Source: Tetramitus jugosus (taxonomy: Eukaryota > Protista > Heterolobosea). Taken from it: a DNA stretch of 64,000 nucleotides. The stretch covers positions 248,001 to 312,000 of the forward strand of contig OW569372.1 of NCBI GenBank assembly GCA_937625935.1, read 5' to 3'. Shown here piece by piece: positions 21,602-32,652 of the stretch. The position numbers and the translations under genes were made by a program. The notes beneath the pieces were generated by a model. The model made no database searches and was not told the DNA's origin. It saw only the letters and a list, made by a program, of their open reading frames with translations. Positions within the stretch are counted from its first letter, which is position 1, and each line of letters opens with the position of its first letter.

Positions 21602-24600
21602 ATGTTGAGCAAGGCGGCTGCCCTGGGCAAGAACAGCAAGGAAGACAGGCCTTCCTCCCAACAAGTCGAAGCAGATGACAACGATGGTGATGCACCAATG
21701 ACAAGTGATGAAACAACACAGAAGCAGAGTATGGAAGCATCTGCGGCCACCATGAGTGATGAACCACTGCAATCAGAAGAATCAGCATCTGCAGACGATG
21801 TTGATATGCGATTCAATGGTTGGCAAAGGGATCCAGAACGAGAAAGAGACAAGATTCTGGGATTTTTTGTCATTGCTCAGCAACCCATCCCGAGAGACAT
21901 TTTTCACTCAATCATGTCGTTCATTCCGGCATTTCCCTACTATTTCATGCTGAGATCTGTTTGTTCCCAGTGGCTCTATGAATTTCAAGAACAAATCTAT
22001 GCAAATGTAACGTTTTTGAGTCTGGTGGATGACGGTAGACCAAAGTTTTATTTCAGGGAAGACAATCAATTGGTACAGTTCAAGCCATTGGGTTCCACTG
22101 GAAAGAATGTAGATTTGAAGGCGCCGCATCGAAGTCGACACTACAACAGGACACCAATTTTTCAATTCTTGGGTAATGTGTTTCCCAATGTGAAGCACCT
22201 AAAGTTGGGATTGGGTTCATTTGTCGATCGTGTCTCTTTTAGTCGTGGGGTTCATTCTCTGTTGCCAAGGTTTAAACAGCTAGAAACATTGGATATATTG
22301 GGTACTAGCCAAGATACTTTCAATCGAGGCTATTGGGGATATGATAGGTCAATTAACAGTATGGAATTGGATGTCCTTGCACGTGCGTTACCAATCTCGA
22401 CCAAGAATCTTAATTTTATTGGTGTAACATTGAACCATGTTCGTCCATTTGATTCACTCCGAATTTTTTCGAAGAAAGGACGGTATGAAACGGGTCCTTC
22501 TCTCTTTAGCTATTCGTCACATTACGTCCACATTCCAATCGAGGTGGATATTCAACGCTTAACTATGCCGTATCTACATTTGAGTAGCAACTACTCCTAC
22601 TTCATGCATGCACCTACCTTTGATGAGAAACGTATTTCGGAAGTGTACTCCGAGTTTGAATTGTCGATAGTGCAATCAGAGAGTAATCTACCATCCCTTC
22701 AACAGTCACTAGTTGTATCATATGTTGATTACTTGAACTACATGTCGCAGAAGGAGGGAATTTTCTTGGCGAATATTGCGAATGTTGTGAAAGCAGATAC
22801 CGAGGACACAATGGAAGCTACTATTGATGCAGTAGTTCGAGAATACCCTTATTTTCAACCACTTCTCTCTCTCCCAGAGCTCCCAGAGCCCAAGAAGGTG
22901 TTTCAACTTGCGTCACAGACTAAATTGGACGCAAGTTTTATCCTTGCTAATGTGGGCACAGCACTCAAAGCCTTCGAGTTGTTAACAGACCCAAAGAGAA
23001 TGAAATACCCTGAATTAGTAATGGACGTTAATAGTACGTTCCAATGGTATCTAATTCCCACACCGAGTACTCTCCTGAGTGCTCTGATTCCGAATTGTTC
23101 AAGCGACGAATATTTGACTTTAATTATGACTCTGATCAAGGATTACAAAGCATCGATGACTGTTAATGGCGTTCGAAATTACGTGGTGGAGGCAGGTATA
23201 GCTTTGAATCATCATGCTATGAGATCAAAGTTAATCACCTACTTGTTGTCTGTGGAGCCAGAGTTAATTGTTCTTGGAAATTCAGAGGGAATAATCGATG
23301 GGGAACAAAAGAATCTCCCACTCATTCAACTCTTCCTTGAACGATGTAACACTATTGAGCCTTTGCAGGAGATCAAATCTTTGGTCGAGGCGGGTGCCTC
23401 GTTGACACAGGTCGACAAATTTGGCAACAATGTTATTCACTCTGCTTGTACAACTTTGTATGTCCCTTTAGTCAAATACTTGCTTTCAAAGTGCCCTGAG
23501 AACTTAATGTTTGAAAGAAATAACAATGGCCAGACTCCTATTGAGGTCATTTTCTCATCTGCAAAGTCTAGTCGTGATCTATTGCTTAACCATCAAGTTA
23601 AGTTCCTCGAGGAAATTGTTTTGCTGCCTTGCTTCCAGAATCGAAAGCTGCAAAGCTATGAAACATCATCCGGCAATTTACTTCATTCCGCTCTGGCAAA
23701 TCCTAAAATCGACACAATCAAATGGTTGCTAGAGAATGGTTTTGATGCTAATGCCTTGAATGATAAGGGAGAAAATGCATTGTTCTACTCGACCATGATC
23801 TCAATCGATAAGAATTATACATATCGCACAAAATATCAACGGTACGACCAGATTGTCAGTCAATATGAATATGTGGATATATTTGCGCAAGAGTTAGTCA
23901 GAGCAGGAGCAAAAATTGACCTCCAAAACAACAAGGGAGAAACGGTCGTGACATCAGCCCTCCGTCACAACAATTACAAGCTGATTAATTGCATTATCGA
24001 AAATCCAGACATCTCCTCGAAACCTCTGTCAGCGCTCTTAGGTCCAAGAATGCAAAACGGGCTGAATGCTTTGCACTATGTGTTCAAAACCATGGTGGAT
24101 ATTGCAGATCCAATGAGGGGAATGAACAAAAAACAAAAAGCATTCACGCTCGGCAATTATCCTATTGCAAGACATTGCGCACTTCTTTGTCTCGAGCATT
24201 ACCCTGAGATGCTGTATGAACGCTCTGAACCCTCAGAGGAGGAGAGTCTAAAGCCTATTTCTGGCCTTAGTCCTCTTCAAATTTTGCTCGAGGCCACCAA
24301 AGGTTTACCATTATTGAATGACTTATCAATCAAGCTGAGTGACATTGCCAATAAGCCAATTTATACAAGCAAAGACTCGGAAGTGACTGCTCCCATTCCT
24401 GTTATGTATCTTGCATTGGAGGTAGCAATAGACATCCCTATGTTTGACAAATTGATGACCTTTACTGATAACGTGTTGATCAGAGATGAAACACAAGAGA
24501 CGAAACCCAATCTATTACATATTGCAGCAGAAAGGGACGCCACACTATGTCAGTGCATAATTAAGCACTGGAAGAAACGATATAAGAACAAGGAGGAGTT

Positions 24601-25639
24601 GTCAAAGTTGATTAGTCAGCCACTGGAAAATGATAGTGTTGATGGAAGAAAACCAAGAAATGCTGCTATTATTGCCTGTAGTTTGAACAACGATGAAATA
24701 TTTTCAATCCTCTGGCCGTTCACTCAACCTTTTGCTGCCGAGTTTGATAATCCAATTCAAATTGCGTTAGACAACAATTTTCATCAATTAGCGATGTCTG
24801 CTGTCATTCATCACGCAATTGTTCCATCCAAGGTTCAATTACATCAAATTATTCGGCGGTGTTTGTCTCAACACAACTTAATCGCAATACGTGAAAGCAA
24901 GTTTGTAACGTTGATGATTCAATGTGAAGAGCAACAACCCAAGCCGTCGTGGCTTGAGTTGATGACCCAAATACCATCTGAGGCTGTTGATTCCGAAGAG
25001 TTGGATAAGGTGAAGTGCATGAGTACAATGCAATTAGTAGTGTTAGAGCTAGCTAGCTACATGTTCGGTTGGCTAGTTCGCCACTATACTGACGATTCGT
25101 TGTTGGATCGTGCTTTAAAAGCGATCGATCCTACAACAGGTGACACTCTCTTGCACCTATTAACAAGCTCCATACAAGGGCGATATGGTAATGAGTTATC
25201 CTCCATGCTATCTTCTATTGTAAGCCGATTTCGATTGGACGGTGCTCCGACTGACATAACACCAAAACTTACGCAACGTACCAAAGCTAAGCTTCCCTCA
25301 ATGGACCAGCTGAACACTGAAGATCTGACAGAATTTGTGAATATTCAGAATAAGACTGGCAGAACTTGTCTCCATAATGTTGCAGTGAACTCCACGCAAA
25401 ATATTCTGCAAGATCTGCTCGTATTTGGAGCCAACACTGAACTGAAGGATTCCGAGGGCAAAACACCCGTAGAACTCATGACGAGCGAATCATTGACAAA
25501 CATTGTGACAAAATTCTTGAACAAGAGAGATGGCAAGAAGCCTGAAAAGGGAAAGAAGGTTAAAGAGGAGAACTCTGACACAGATGAAGAATACTCTTCC
25601 AAACCGAAAAGAAAGAGAAGAAAGACAACCAAGAAATAA
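21602..25639 (+). CDS. F-box plus ankyrin-repeat protein with a short LRR-like region
   Basis: IPRDIFHSIMSFI...LRSVCSQW F-box; ANK motifs GNNVIHSAC, GETVVTSAL, GLNALHYV, GDTLLHLL, GRTCLHNVA, GKTPVEL; basic NLS-like C-terminus. Confidence 0.85.
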   Translation: MLSKAAALGKNSKEDRPSSQQVEADDNDGDAPMTSDETTQKQSMEASAATMSDEPLQSEESASADDVDMRFNGWQRDPERERDKILGFFVIAQQPIPRDIFHSIMSFIPAFPYYFMLRSVCSQWLYEFQEQIYANVTFLSLVDDGRPKFYFREDNQLVQFKPLGSTGKNVDLKAPHRSRHYNRTPIFQFLGNVFPNVKHLKLGLGSFVDRVSFSRGVHSLLPRFKQLETLDILGTSQDTFNRGYWGYDRSINSMELDVLARALPISTKNLNFIGVTLNHVRPFDSLRIFSKKGRYETGPSLFSYSSHYVHIPIEVDIQRLTMPYLHLSSNYSYFMHAPTFDEKRISEVYSEFELSIVQSESNLPSLQQSLVVSYVDYLNYMSQKEGIFLANIANVVKADTEDTMEATIDAVVREYPYFQPLLSLPELPEPKKVFQLASQTKLDASFILANVGTALKAFELLTDPKRMKYPELVMDVNSTFQWYLIPTPSTLLSALIPNCSSDEYLTLIMTLIKDYKASMTVNGVRNYVVEAGIALNHHAMRSKLITYLLSVEPELIVLGNSEGIIDGEQKNLPLIQLFLERCNTIEPLQEIKSLVEAGASLTQVDKFGNNVIHSACTTLYVPLVKYLLSKCPENLMFERNNNGQTPIEVIFSSAKSSRDLLLNHQVKFLEEIVLLPCFQNRKLQSYETSSGNLLHSALANPKIDTIKWLLENGFDANALNDKGENALFYSTMISIDKNYTYRTKYQRYDQIVSQYEYVDIFAQELVRAGAKIDLQNNKGETVVTSALRHNNYKLINCIIENPDISSKPLSALLGPRMQNGLNALHYVFKTMVDIADPMRGMNKKQKAFTLGNYPIARHCALLCLEHYPEMLYERSEPSEEESLKPISGLSPLQILLEATKGLPLLNDLSIKLSDIANKPIYTSKDSEVTAPIPVMYLALEVAIDIPMFDKLMTFTDNVLIRDETQETKPNLLHIAAERDATLCQCIIKHWKKRYKNKEELSKLISQPLENDSVDGRKPRNAAIIACSLNNDEIFSILWPFTQPFAAEFDNPIQIALDNNFHQLAMSAVIHHAIVPSKVQLHQIIRRCLSQHNLIAIRESKFVTLMIQCEEQQPKPSWLELMTQIPSEAVDSEELDKVKCMSTMQLVVLELASYMFGWLVRHYTDDSLLDRALKAIDPTTGDTLLHLLTSSIQGRYGNELSSMLSSIVSRFRLDGAPTDITPKLTQRTKAKLPSMDQLNTEDLTEFVNIQNKTGRTCLHNVAVNSTQNILQDLLVFGANTELKDSEGKTPVELMTSESLTNIVTKFLNKRDGKKPEKGKKVKEENSDTDEEYSSKPKRKRRKTTKK

Positions 25640-25735
25640 ACTTGTTGGATATTGCTGTAAGTTTTCTCCGCTGTGTGAATTTTGGCGTTCTTGTCAAATT
25701 TATTACCGTTAGGTGAAGCAACAAAACAAGCGAAA

Positions 25736-26926
25736 ATGAAAAGAGCGAGAGTACTCGAGATTGCGTTGTCGGATAACTTTGAAAGTCCATCGAAGAAGAA
25801 TAAGAACTCTATCGAGGATCACAAATTTGCTCCCATTCAATACTGCCATTCAAACTCGATAAACGCATGCAGAATTGTCCCGCTTGCAGAACAGTTGACA
25901 AGGGGTCCGGTCAAGTTCAACAAGATGGTACTCTTGATGGCAAATGTCGTTAGTATCTTGCTTGCACAGTCAAGGAAATTTGAAAACTTTGGTTTGATCA
26001 AGAATCAAGGCGATGTCGCAGATGACAAGCGGTCTAGTTGTCATTGCTCAGAAGAGGAACTATTGCAGTTTGTTTACAAGGGCTTGAATCTTTTGGTTGG
26101 AAAAGAGGTCATGTGCTACTGGAAATTGGAACAAGCGCTATCTTTGTTTGAATGGTATAGCAGTCAGTATTCGAAACAGTACTTCTTGGAGTTGATTGAT
26201 GCTATCAGGCCAGTTCTCGAAATTCACTTGCATAGAGATGAAGAAGATAGAGCTACATTTTACTCTCACCTAGTTGATGGTGATTCAGAAGCGCAAAAGG
26301 AAACTTTAACACCTCGGAGTTTAGGAATTGGTTTCTTGAGCTTGTTTCAATCATCTGTGAAACGTAGATGTATCCTAAACTTGGATGAAGATGGAAAGTA
26401 CAATCAATTTTGGATGTTGATTACTCGCGGTGGGTCATCAGTAGAACTGTATGAGCTGTGTTCTGGAGTCTGTGGTTTGTGCTCTGACATGCCCCTGTTC
26501 GATTCAGAGCTGAACAGGGACGAATTGAAATATAAGAAGATGCTGAACAATGAAGTATTGCCTTGGAGAAGAGTAATGAACTGTACAAAGGAATCAGGTC
26601 TCATTTATGAGACTATTCATGCAAAGTACTTGCGATACTATGATTGGATGTTGAAGGATAGTCTTGTGAATCAACAACGGGTCATGAGTCCCCTATCTTC
26701 CGAAGAGACCATAGCAATAGTTGGTCCCATACTAGATGAATTGTGTGAACACTCTGATCAATTTGAGAACATTGAGAGCAATGTTCAATTCATGAGCGAC
26801 AAGATTCAATTCTTCGAACAAATGGTGAGTGAAAAGAATATTCATCTAACAGAAGAACAAACAGAAACATTGAAGAGAATCACTGATGCTTTGGCATCCT
26901 TCAAAACGAATTCCCATCAGCAATAA
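25736..26926 (+). CDS. Hypothetical helical protein
   Basis: About 396 codons from ATG 25736. No motif recognised. Confidence 0.7.
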   Translation: MKRARVLEIALSDNFESPSKKNKNSIEDHKFAPIQYCHSNSINACRIVPLAEQLTRGPVKFNKMVLLMANVVSILLAQSRKFENFGLIKNQGDVADDKRSSCHCSEEELLQFVYKGLNLLVGKEVMCYWKLEQALSLFEWYSSQYSKQYFLELIDAIRPVLEIHLHRDEEDRATFYSHLVDGDSEAQKETLTPRSLGIGFLSLFQSSVKRRCILNLDEDGKYNQFWMLITRGGSSVELYELCSGVCGLCSDMPLFDSELNRDELKYKKMLNNEVLPWRRVMNCTKESGLIYETIHAKYLRYYDWMLKDSLVNQQRVMSPLSSEETIAIVGPILDELCEHSDQFENIESNVQFMSDKIQFFEQMVSEKNIHLTEEQTETLKRITDALASFKTNSHQQ

Positions 26927-27036
26927 ATTATCTTATAAATCGGGGAAATAGAGAGCGTAAGAATGAAGGAGGGGCCTTCATATTTCATTATTCAGGCCAC
27001 GTGGTCTCTCGACTGACACTATACAAGGCACAAACA

Positions 27037-27615
27037 ATGGAAAACATTGATATAGTGATCGGTTTGAAAGCTTCTACCACCCAGCTATCATTGTACAGCA
27101 CAGGAGGAGTGAGTGGTCCTCTGAAGGTCACTGTCACACCGAAGAGAAGTCTTCTCGGATACATCTGGCTGGAGAAATTGGAGGGACCAGTCGACCAACA
27201 GCAGTGGAATCACTGTCAACAAGGTTTATTATTGAACTGGGAGTCAAGCACTTCTCAGCAAGGTGCCCCATTCATCCATTTCGGTTGTGCTGATGCAATC
27301 CAGTTCCGCTTAAGTATGGGAGATGGCTCTGTATTACCATTGTACAGATTAGTAGTTGAATCCACGAATCAATCGGGACTTATACGTACTCGTCACAAGT
27401 ACTTGGGTTATAGGGGAAGAGATGCAGTGTCTACCAAGCACGAGAAGTATATGAAAATGATATTCCAAGACGACCAGCATGTGGATGCCTCCGAAGCAGA
27501 GATCGAAAGCCAGTTGTCAAGCTATCCAACAAATCCAGAAACCCAACTTGCTTTACAAGCGTGGTTGAACGCCCAACAGCTGCTCCCACGCCAATGTCAA
27601 TACAATTACCTCTAA
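27037..27615 (+). CDS. Hypothetical protein or decayed gene fragment
   Basis: 192-aa ORF from ATG 27037. The same frame upstream encodes FIFHYSGH with no ATG before it. Confidence 0.4.
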   Translation: MENIDIVIGLKASTTQLSLYSTGGVSGPLKVTVTPKRSLLGYIWLEKLEGPVDQQQWNHCQQGLLLNWESSTSQQGAPFIHFGCADAIQFRLSMGDGSVLPLYRLVVESTNQSGLIRTRHKYLGYRGRDAVSTKHEKYMKMIFQDDQHVDASEAEIESQLSSYPTNPETQLALQAWLNAQQLLPRQCQYNYL

Positions 27616-27680
27616 ATTTAGGTTATAAAGCTTGTGGTTGAGCTGACAACAACAAAAAAACTCCATGTCAAAAAAAACAC

Positions 27681-29039
27681 ATGACAAGCGCATCCTTTTA
27701 TTCACCGTATTACACCAGTGTTGTTCATAATAACAAGGGTATCAGATCTTCGTTCCCTTTGGTGAAACGCATCTTGTATATGGCCAAGATCTCAAGCCTA
27801 TCTCTGATATCCATCTATGCCATCTATCGTTTCATTCACCTGGTTGTGAACATGTTTAGACGACGAATCATCTTTCGTCTGGCTCGTGAGAAGCAAAAAC
27901 TGAAGCGGATGCCTCTCGCGACAACAGCAACACAAGAGACAAGTAAGAAGAGTAATGATGAAGATGATGCGTCAGTTGTGAGCAGCACAAAGGGAATTTT
28001 ATTAAAGGATGGTCGTTGGTTGGCCTATTCAGAGTATGGAGCTCTGAGATCGAACCGCATTGTTCTCGTGTTTCATTCGTTGGGATCGTGTCGGTTGGAG
28101 AAGCATCCGACAATACACGAGTCTGTTGCAGTGCAATCTAACATTCGATTTGTGCATGTGGATCGACCGGGTTATGGTCAATCAGATGCATGCACGGACG
28201 ATCGAAGTTTGTTGTCATTTGCAAGTGATGTGCACGAGTTGTTAAACGTGTTGTTTGAAGGATTTTCGACAATGAGAAGTACGGTTTGGAATCATCAGCA
28301 GCAGATGGATGATCGAATGATGGCCATGGCGATGAATATGGACGAAGAATATGATGTGAGGTGTGAGTTTGCGTGCTTGGGTATGGATGTTGGTGCTGCA
28401 TTCGCTATGGCTACAGCATATTACAATCAAACGCTGTTGAGTCAGAAGAGTGAAGATGCTTCCTTTGTTCGACGCAAGATTCCACGCTGTGTTGCCTGTA
28501 CGTGTATATCAGCTCAATTACCCTATCGCTTACTGGACATTCATCACTTTTCCCCCCATTTGAGGGACTTGTCACTGCTGACACGAAGATTGCTAGTTCC
28601 TATGTTGAAAGTTTTCATGTACTTTGACCTGGTGCAGCCAGTGTTTAAGGAACCAGAGGCCTACACGAAGAAAATACGGAAGGATGAGAATCAAATGTAC
28701 AAGGAAGAGAGACCAGAGGATCTCGAGCGGTATCTGTCCAGTTGTGTGCAAGCATTGCGAGAAGGAATGAACCTGTTTGGCATACGAGAACCCACACGAG
28801 AGATCAAAATGATGTTCGAAGAATGGGGATTCAACATTTCTGATCTGAAACAGATACCAGTGACGTTTTATCACGGTGAACTAAGCCAACGTATCCCAAT
28901 CTCTCTTGTGCAACAAATTGCAAGTACATTGCCACATCCTTCCAAGCTGTGCTCCATTCCCAATGCAGGTGATCTATTCTGGATGGACGAACAAATCTTT
29001 AGCTCCATTATCGATAAACTAGTCACGTGCTTCTCCTGA
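27681..29039 (+). CDS. Alpha/beta-hydrolase fold protein with non-canonical triad positions
   Basis: LKDGRWLAYSEYG, VDRPGYGQSD, WGFNISDL and FYHG match the family. Nucleophile elbow reads GMDVG. Confidence 0.85.
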   Translation: MTSASFYSPYYTSVVHNNKGIRSSFPLVKRILYMAKISSLSLISIYAIYRFIHLVVNMFRRRIIFRLAREKQKLKRMPLATTATQETSKKSNDEDDASVVSSTKGILLKDGRWLAYSEYGALRSNRIVLVFHSLGSCRLEKHPTIHESVAVQSNIRFVHVDRPGYGQSDACTDDRSLLSFASDVHELLNVLFEGFSTMRSTVWNHQQQMDDRMMAMAMNMDEEYDVRCEFACLGMDVGAAFAMATAYYNQTLLSQKSEDASFVRRKIPRCVACTCISAQLPYRLLDIHHFSPHLRDLSLLTRRLLVPMLKVFMYFDLVQPVFKEPEAYTKKIRKDENQMYKEERPEDLERYLSSCVQALREGMNLFGIREPTREIKMMFEEWGFNISDLKQIPVTFYHGELSQRIPISLVQQIASTLPHPSKLCSIPNAGDLFWMDEQIFSSIIDKLVTCFS

Positions 29040-29244
29040 AAAACATGCCACACTTCCCACTTCTTCTCGCATTGTATTCAACAGCCAGGAAAATTGGAAA
29101 AAATAGATTAATCCCCGCCAAAAATGTGGCCAGGAAAATTAATTCAAATGGATTCAGCAAAAAGCTCTCACACCCGCGACTGGCCCAAAAAAAAAGCACT
29201 CACCATTATTCTTATTCAAAAAAAAGTCATCACCCACACAAACC

Positions 29245-31472
29245 ATGGTCAACGCACAAAGCAAACCCATCAATGAAGCTGTCGCAGAGACATTTGGTGG
29301 TCTGCTCAATATCTTCCAATCCCTCATCAACAACAATGGAAGTGCCGCCACCGCCGCCACCAACGTCAACATTAAAAAAGTGTTGGGATACACTGTGGGA
29401 ACAAGTGTTTTAGCAGGAGCAGCCGGAGTGGGACTATACAAGTACATGAAATTCAAGAAACAGTTGGATAAGGAAGATGATGATGGCAGCAGTAGTGGTA
29501 AGAAGAGTGGAGAAGGATCAGAGTCCAAGGCAACGACAGGAGGAGAAGATGGTGCAAGTAAGCGACCAAAAGCAAGATTAGACAAGCAATTTTTCAAGAG
29601 ATTGAAGCTTTTGTTGTCCATTGTTGTTCCTTCCTTGAAGTATGTTTTTTGTATTTGTTGTTTGCTTGTATTTCATGTTGTTTTGTGGGTAAAGCTTGTG
29701 AGCAAAGCGATCGAAAAGAAGCAAGAGCTAACAGTCGTTTTTTGGGTTGATTTATTTTTTGAAATAATTTTTTTTTGTTTGCCGCGCTCTTTAGGTCAAA
29801 GGAAGCACTACAGTTGTTGGCACTGGCACTCATTGTCATCTCCAGAACGTTTATCAGTAACAAACTGAGTAAGATTTCTGGAGATTTGAGCAAGACGTTG
29901 ATTGAGTTGGATTTTGAAGGATTTATGAAGAATTTGGGACAATCGTCTCTCCTGTCGTTTGCATCCGCACTGTTGGCACCTTCTCTCAAATACCTGATCA
30001 ATAAGCTTTCGCTAGAGTGGAGAATCTCACTCACAAAGCACATTCACAAAAAGTATCTGAGGTCAATGATGTATTACAAGACGGCTTATTTGAACACGGA
30101 TATTGGTAATCCTGATCAGTGCATTACGCAAGATGTCGAACAATTCTGTGAAGGCATTTGTGGACTGTATGCCAATTTGGTGAAGCCGATTGCAGATATC
30201 TTGTTGTACACGTATCAGTTGGTGAAGATTGCAGGTTATGGTGGTCCTGTGGCCATCTGGGGCTACATGATCTTCTCATTTGCGTTCATGACTGTTTTGA
30301 GACCTCCATTCTCATCATTGACTGCCAAGGCACAGAACCTTGAGGGTAGATTCCGTTACTGTCACATTAGAACTGCTACAAACTCTGAATCGATTGCATT
30401 CTATGGTGGAGATGATTTGGAGAAGACGATTGTCGACAAGAATTATCGAGAGTTGCACAATCATAAGAAGAAGTTGGTCAAGACACATTTCCTCTTTGGA
30501 ATCTTTAACGATTTCTTTGTGTTCAATTTGCCACAGAGTGTCTCTTGGTTGATTGCCTGTATGCCAGTCTTCTTTGGCTCTCTTCAAAATGCAGATCAAG
30601 GAGAATTGGCCAAGGTTTTGAGATATTTGGCCGCTGTCATTTCTCACGAATTCCAAGCCATTGGTGAGATTGTTCACTTGAACACTCGTTTGTCTGAGAT
30701 TGCTGGTTACACTGCCAATGTGTGCAACTTGTTGGAAGTCATGGAAGACATTGACAGTCATGACAGTGACAAGAAGCGCATGCACATTACCGATGGTGAA
30801 ACGATCAAGTTTGAGCATGTCAACTTGGAAACACCATCCGGTACTCCACTGGTCAAGGACTTGTCCTTCGAGGTCAAGCAAGGTGAGAATCTGTTGATCA
30901 CAGGTCCTAACGGTACTGGTAAATCGAGCTTGTTCAGAGTGTTGGCTGGATTGTGGTATATTGAGAAGGGTACAATCAGAAAGCCAGGTGGTGCTTCTGC
31001 TGCCAGTTTCTCCGATGTGTACTATGTCCCTCAAAAGCAGTACAATGCTTTGGGTACATTGAGAGATCAAATCACTTATCCTGAGAGCAGCGAAACCGCA
31101 AAGTCAAGCAATGAGGACTTGTTGGAATTGTTGAAGAGAGTGAACATTGATTTCATTGTTGAGAGAGAAGGTTGGGATGAGGTCAGAAACTGGGATGACA
31201 TTCTTTCTTTGGGTGAACAACAGAGATTGTCCTTTGCCAGATTGTTCTACCACAAGCCAAAGTATGCAGTGTTGGATGAATGTACCAGCGCTATTTCTGT
31301 TGACATGGAACAAAGATTGTACGACTATTGCAAGCAAGATGGAATCACATGTATTACGATCAGTTTGAGACCTGCTTTGAAACCATACCACGATGTTGAA
31401 TTGTCCTTTGATGGCGAAGGAGGTGTCGTTATTGCCCCTATTGACCACTCTCTTGATAATGTTGATGTATAA
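29245..31472 (+). CDS. ABCD: ABC subfamily D (peroxisomal-type) half transporter (intron 29640-29794)
   Basis: NPDQCITQD, EGRFR, SESIAFYGG, GPNGTGKSS, LSLGEQQR and LDECTSA. The GTATGT...TAG intron is in frame. Confidence 0.95.
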
Positions 31473-31515
31473 AGAATGATAAATTAATTTTTACTGAATA
31501 TCTTGATCGAGCTTG

Positions 31516-32535
31516 TTAGGATACAACACAACATTGTTTCGATGCAATGGCATTCCACGAGCACACATTTTCTTCTCGAACATCCCATGGAGAATAAAAG
31601 TCCCACGGAATGACTGTTGTTACGAGCATTGCTCTGCACTGATGCTCGTAGAATGTGTCCACTTTCCAGTACTTCACAACAAAGCTGCGGCTGTCAGGCA
31701 ATAACTTGACTTGAACTTGTTCGTAGTGCTTACCAGTGGTACGATAAATCTCTCTGTCAAATCTATTGAAGATGCTGTTATGCATCACTCTCTTTGTTTC
31801 AGATACACTTCTTGTCAGTCTATAAGCAAACATTCCAACTGTTCCACCAAGGTGGTCATGATAAAACTTGTGGATAAGCTTGAGTTGCTTGTCCAGGTCC
31901 AATTGATGGAATGAAATAAGATTCATTAAGGGAGAAAATTTTCCAAGCCGAGCACCGAGTTCTGCTGTTATTCCATACAACCCAGAGAGGTCGTTAATCA
32001 GTGTTCTGAAATTGTTTACGAGGATATTGGGAAAAGAGGTGCTGATCTGAGCGCTTGTGACCTCCTTGCGGCCAACATTCACAACCACAATTGGTGCATT
32101 CTTGCTAATCAAGTGTAATTTAGCTAATTGCCGCAGGGATATGAGACAAGGTTTCTTTGTGATGAACACAACAGCATCCATCGGCTTAAATGGCTCCTCT
32201 TTGAAATTCAACTCAAAAGCAATCTTATCAAAAAGGCCAGACTCCTTCACGAACAATTTTTCAAGCAAGAGTTTCTTTTCTCTGCTCACAACTTGTTTCA
32301 TGAACGAGCGTAAGGGGACGGGAATTGAACATTTCCCATGGACGTCAAAACGTGACCTAAACTCTACTCTGACGATTGGTCTGTACAATGGTGTGAACCT
32401 CTCGTCTTTGATGGTCCTGTGGAACCATTTGTTTACTGATGCAAGATGTTGGAGCGTGAAGCTATCTAGATATGGCAAGATAGTTGACCAGAGATCGGAA
32501 CAAGAGAGAACCTGCACTCCTGTGTTCTCCATCAT
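31516..32535 (-). CDS. F-box protein
   Basis: N-terminal SDLWSTILPYLD...LASVNKWFH F-box-like motif. Confidence 0.7.
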   Translation of the reverse strand: MMENTGVQVLSCSDLWSTILPYLDSFTLQHLASVNKWFHRTIKDERFTPLYRPIVRVEFRSRFDVHGKCSIPVPLRSFMKQVVSREKKLLLEKLFVKESGLFDKIAFELNFKEEPFKPMDAVVFITKKPCLISLRQLAKLHLISKNAPIVVVNVGRKEVTSAQISTSFPNILVNNFRTLINDLSGLYGITAELGARLGKFSPLMNLISFHQLDLDKQLKLIHKFYHDHLGGTVGMFAYRLTRSVSETKRVMHNSIFNRFDREIYRTTGKHYEQVQVKLLPDSRSFVVKYWKVDTFYEHQCRAMLVTTVIPWDFYSPWDVREENVCSWNAIASKQCCVVS

Positions 32536-32652
32536 TAGATTGAATTAGTCTGTTACCTGATCGTTTATGTTGTTATATTGCTTTCTTTTAATAATTAATA
32601 ACGTACAAGCAAAACTGGAGGCAGCTAAGTTTGGTTTGTCGGTGAGAAAGCG

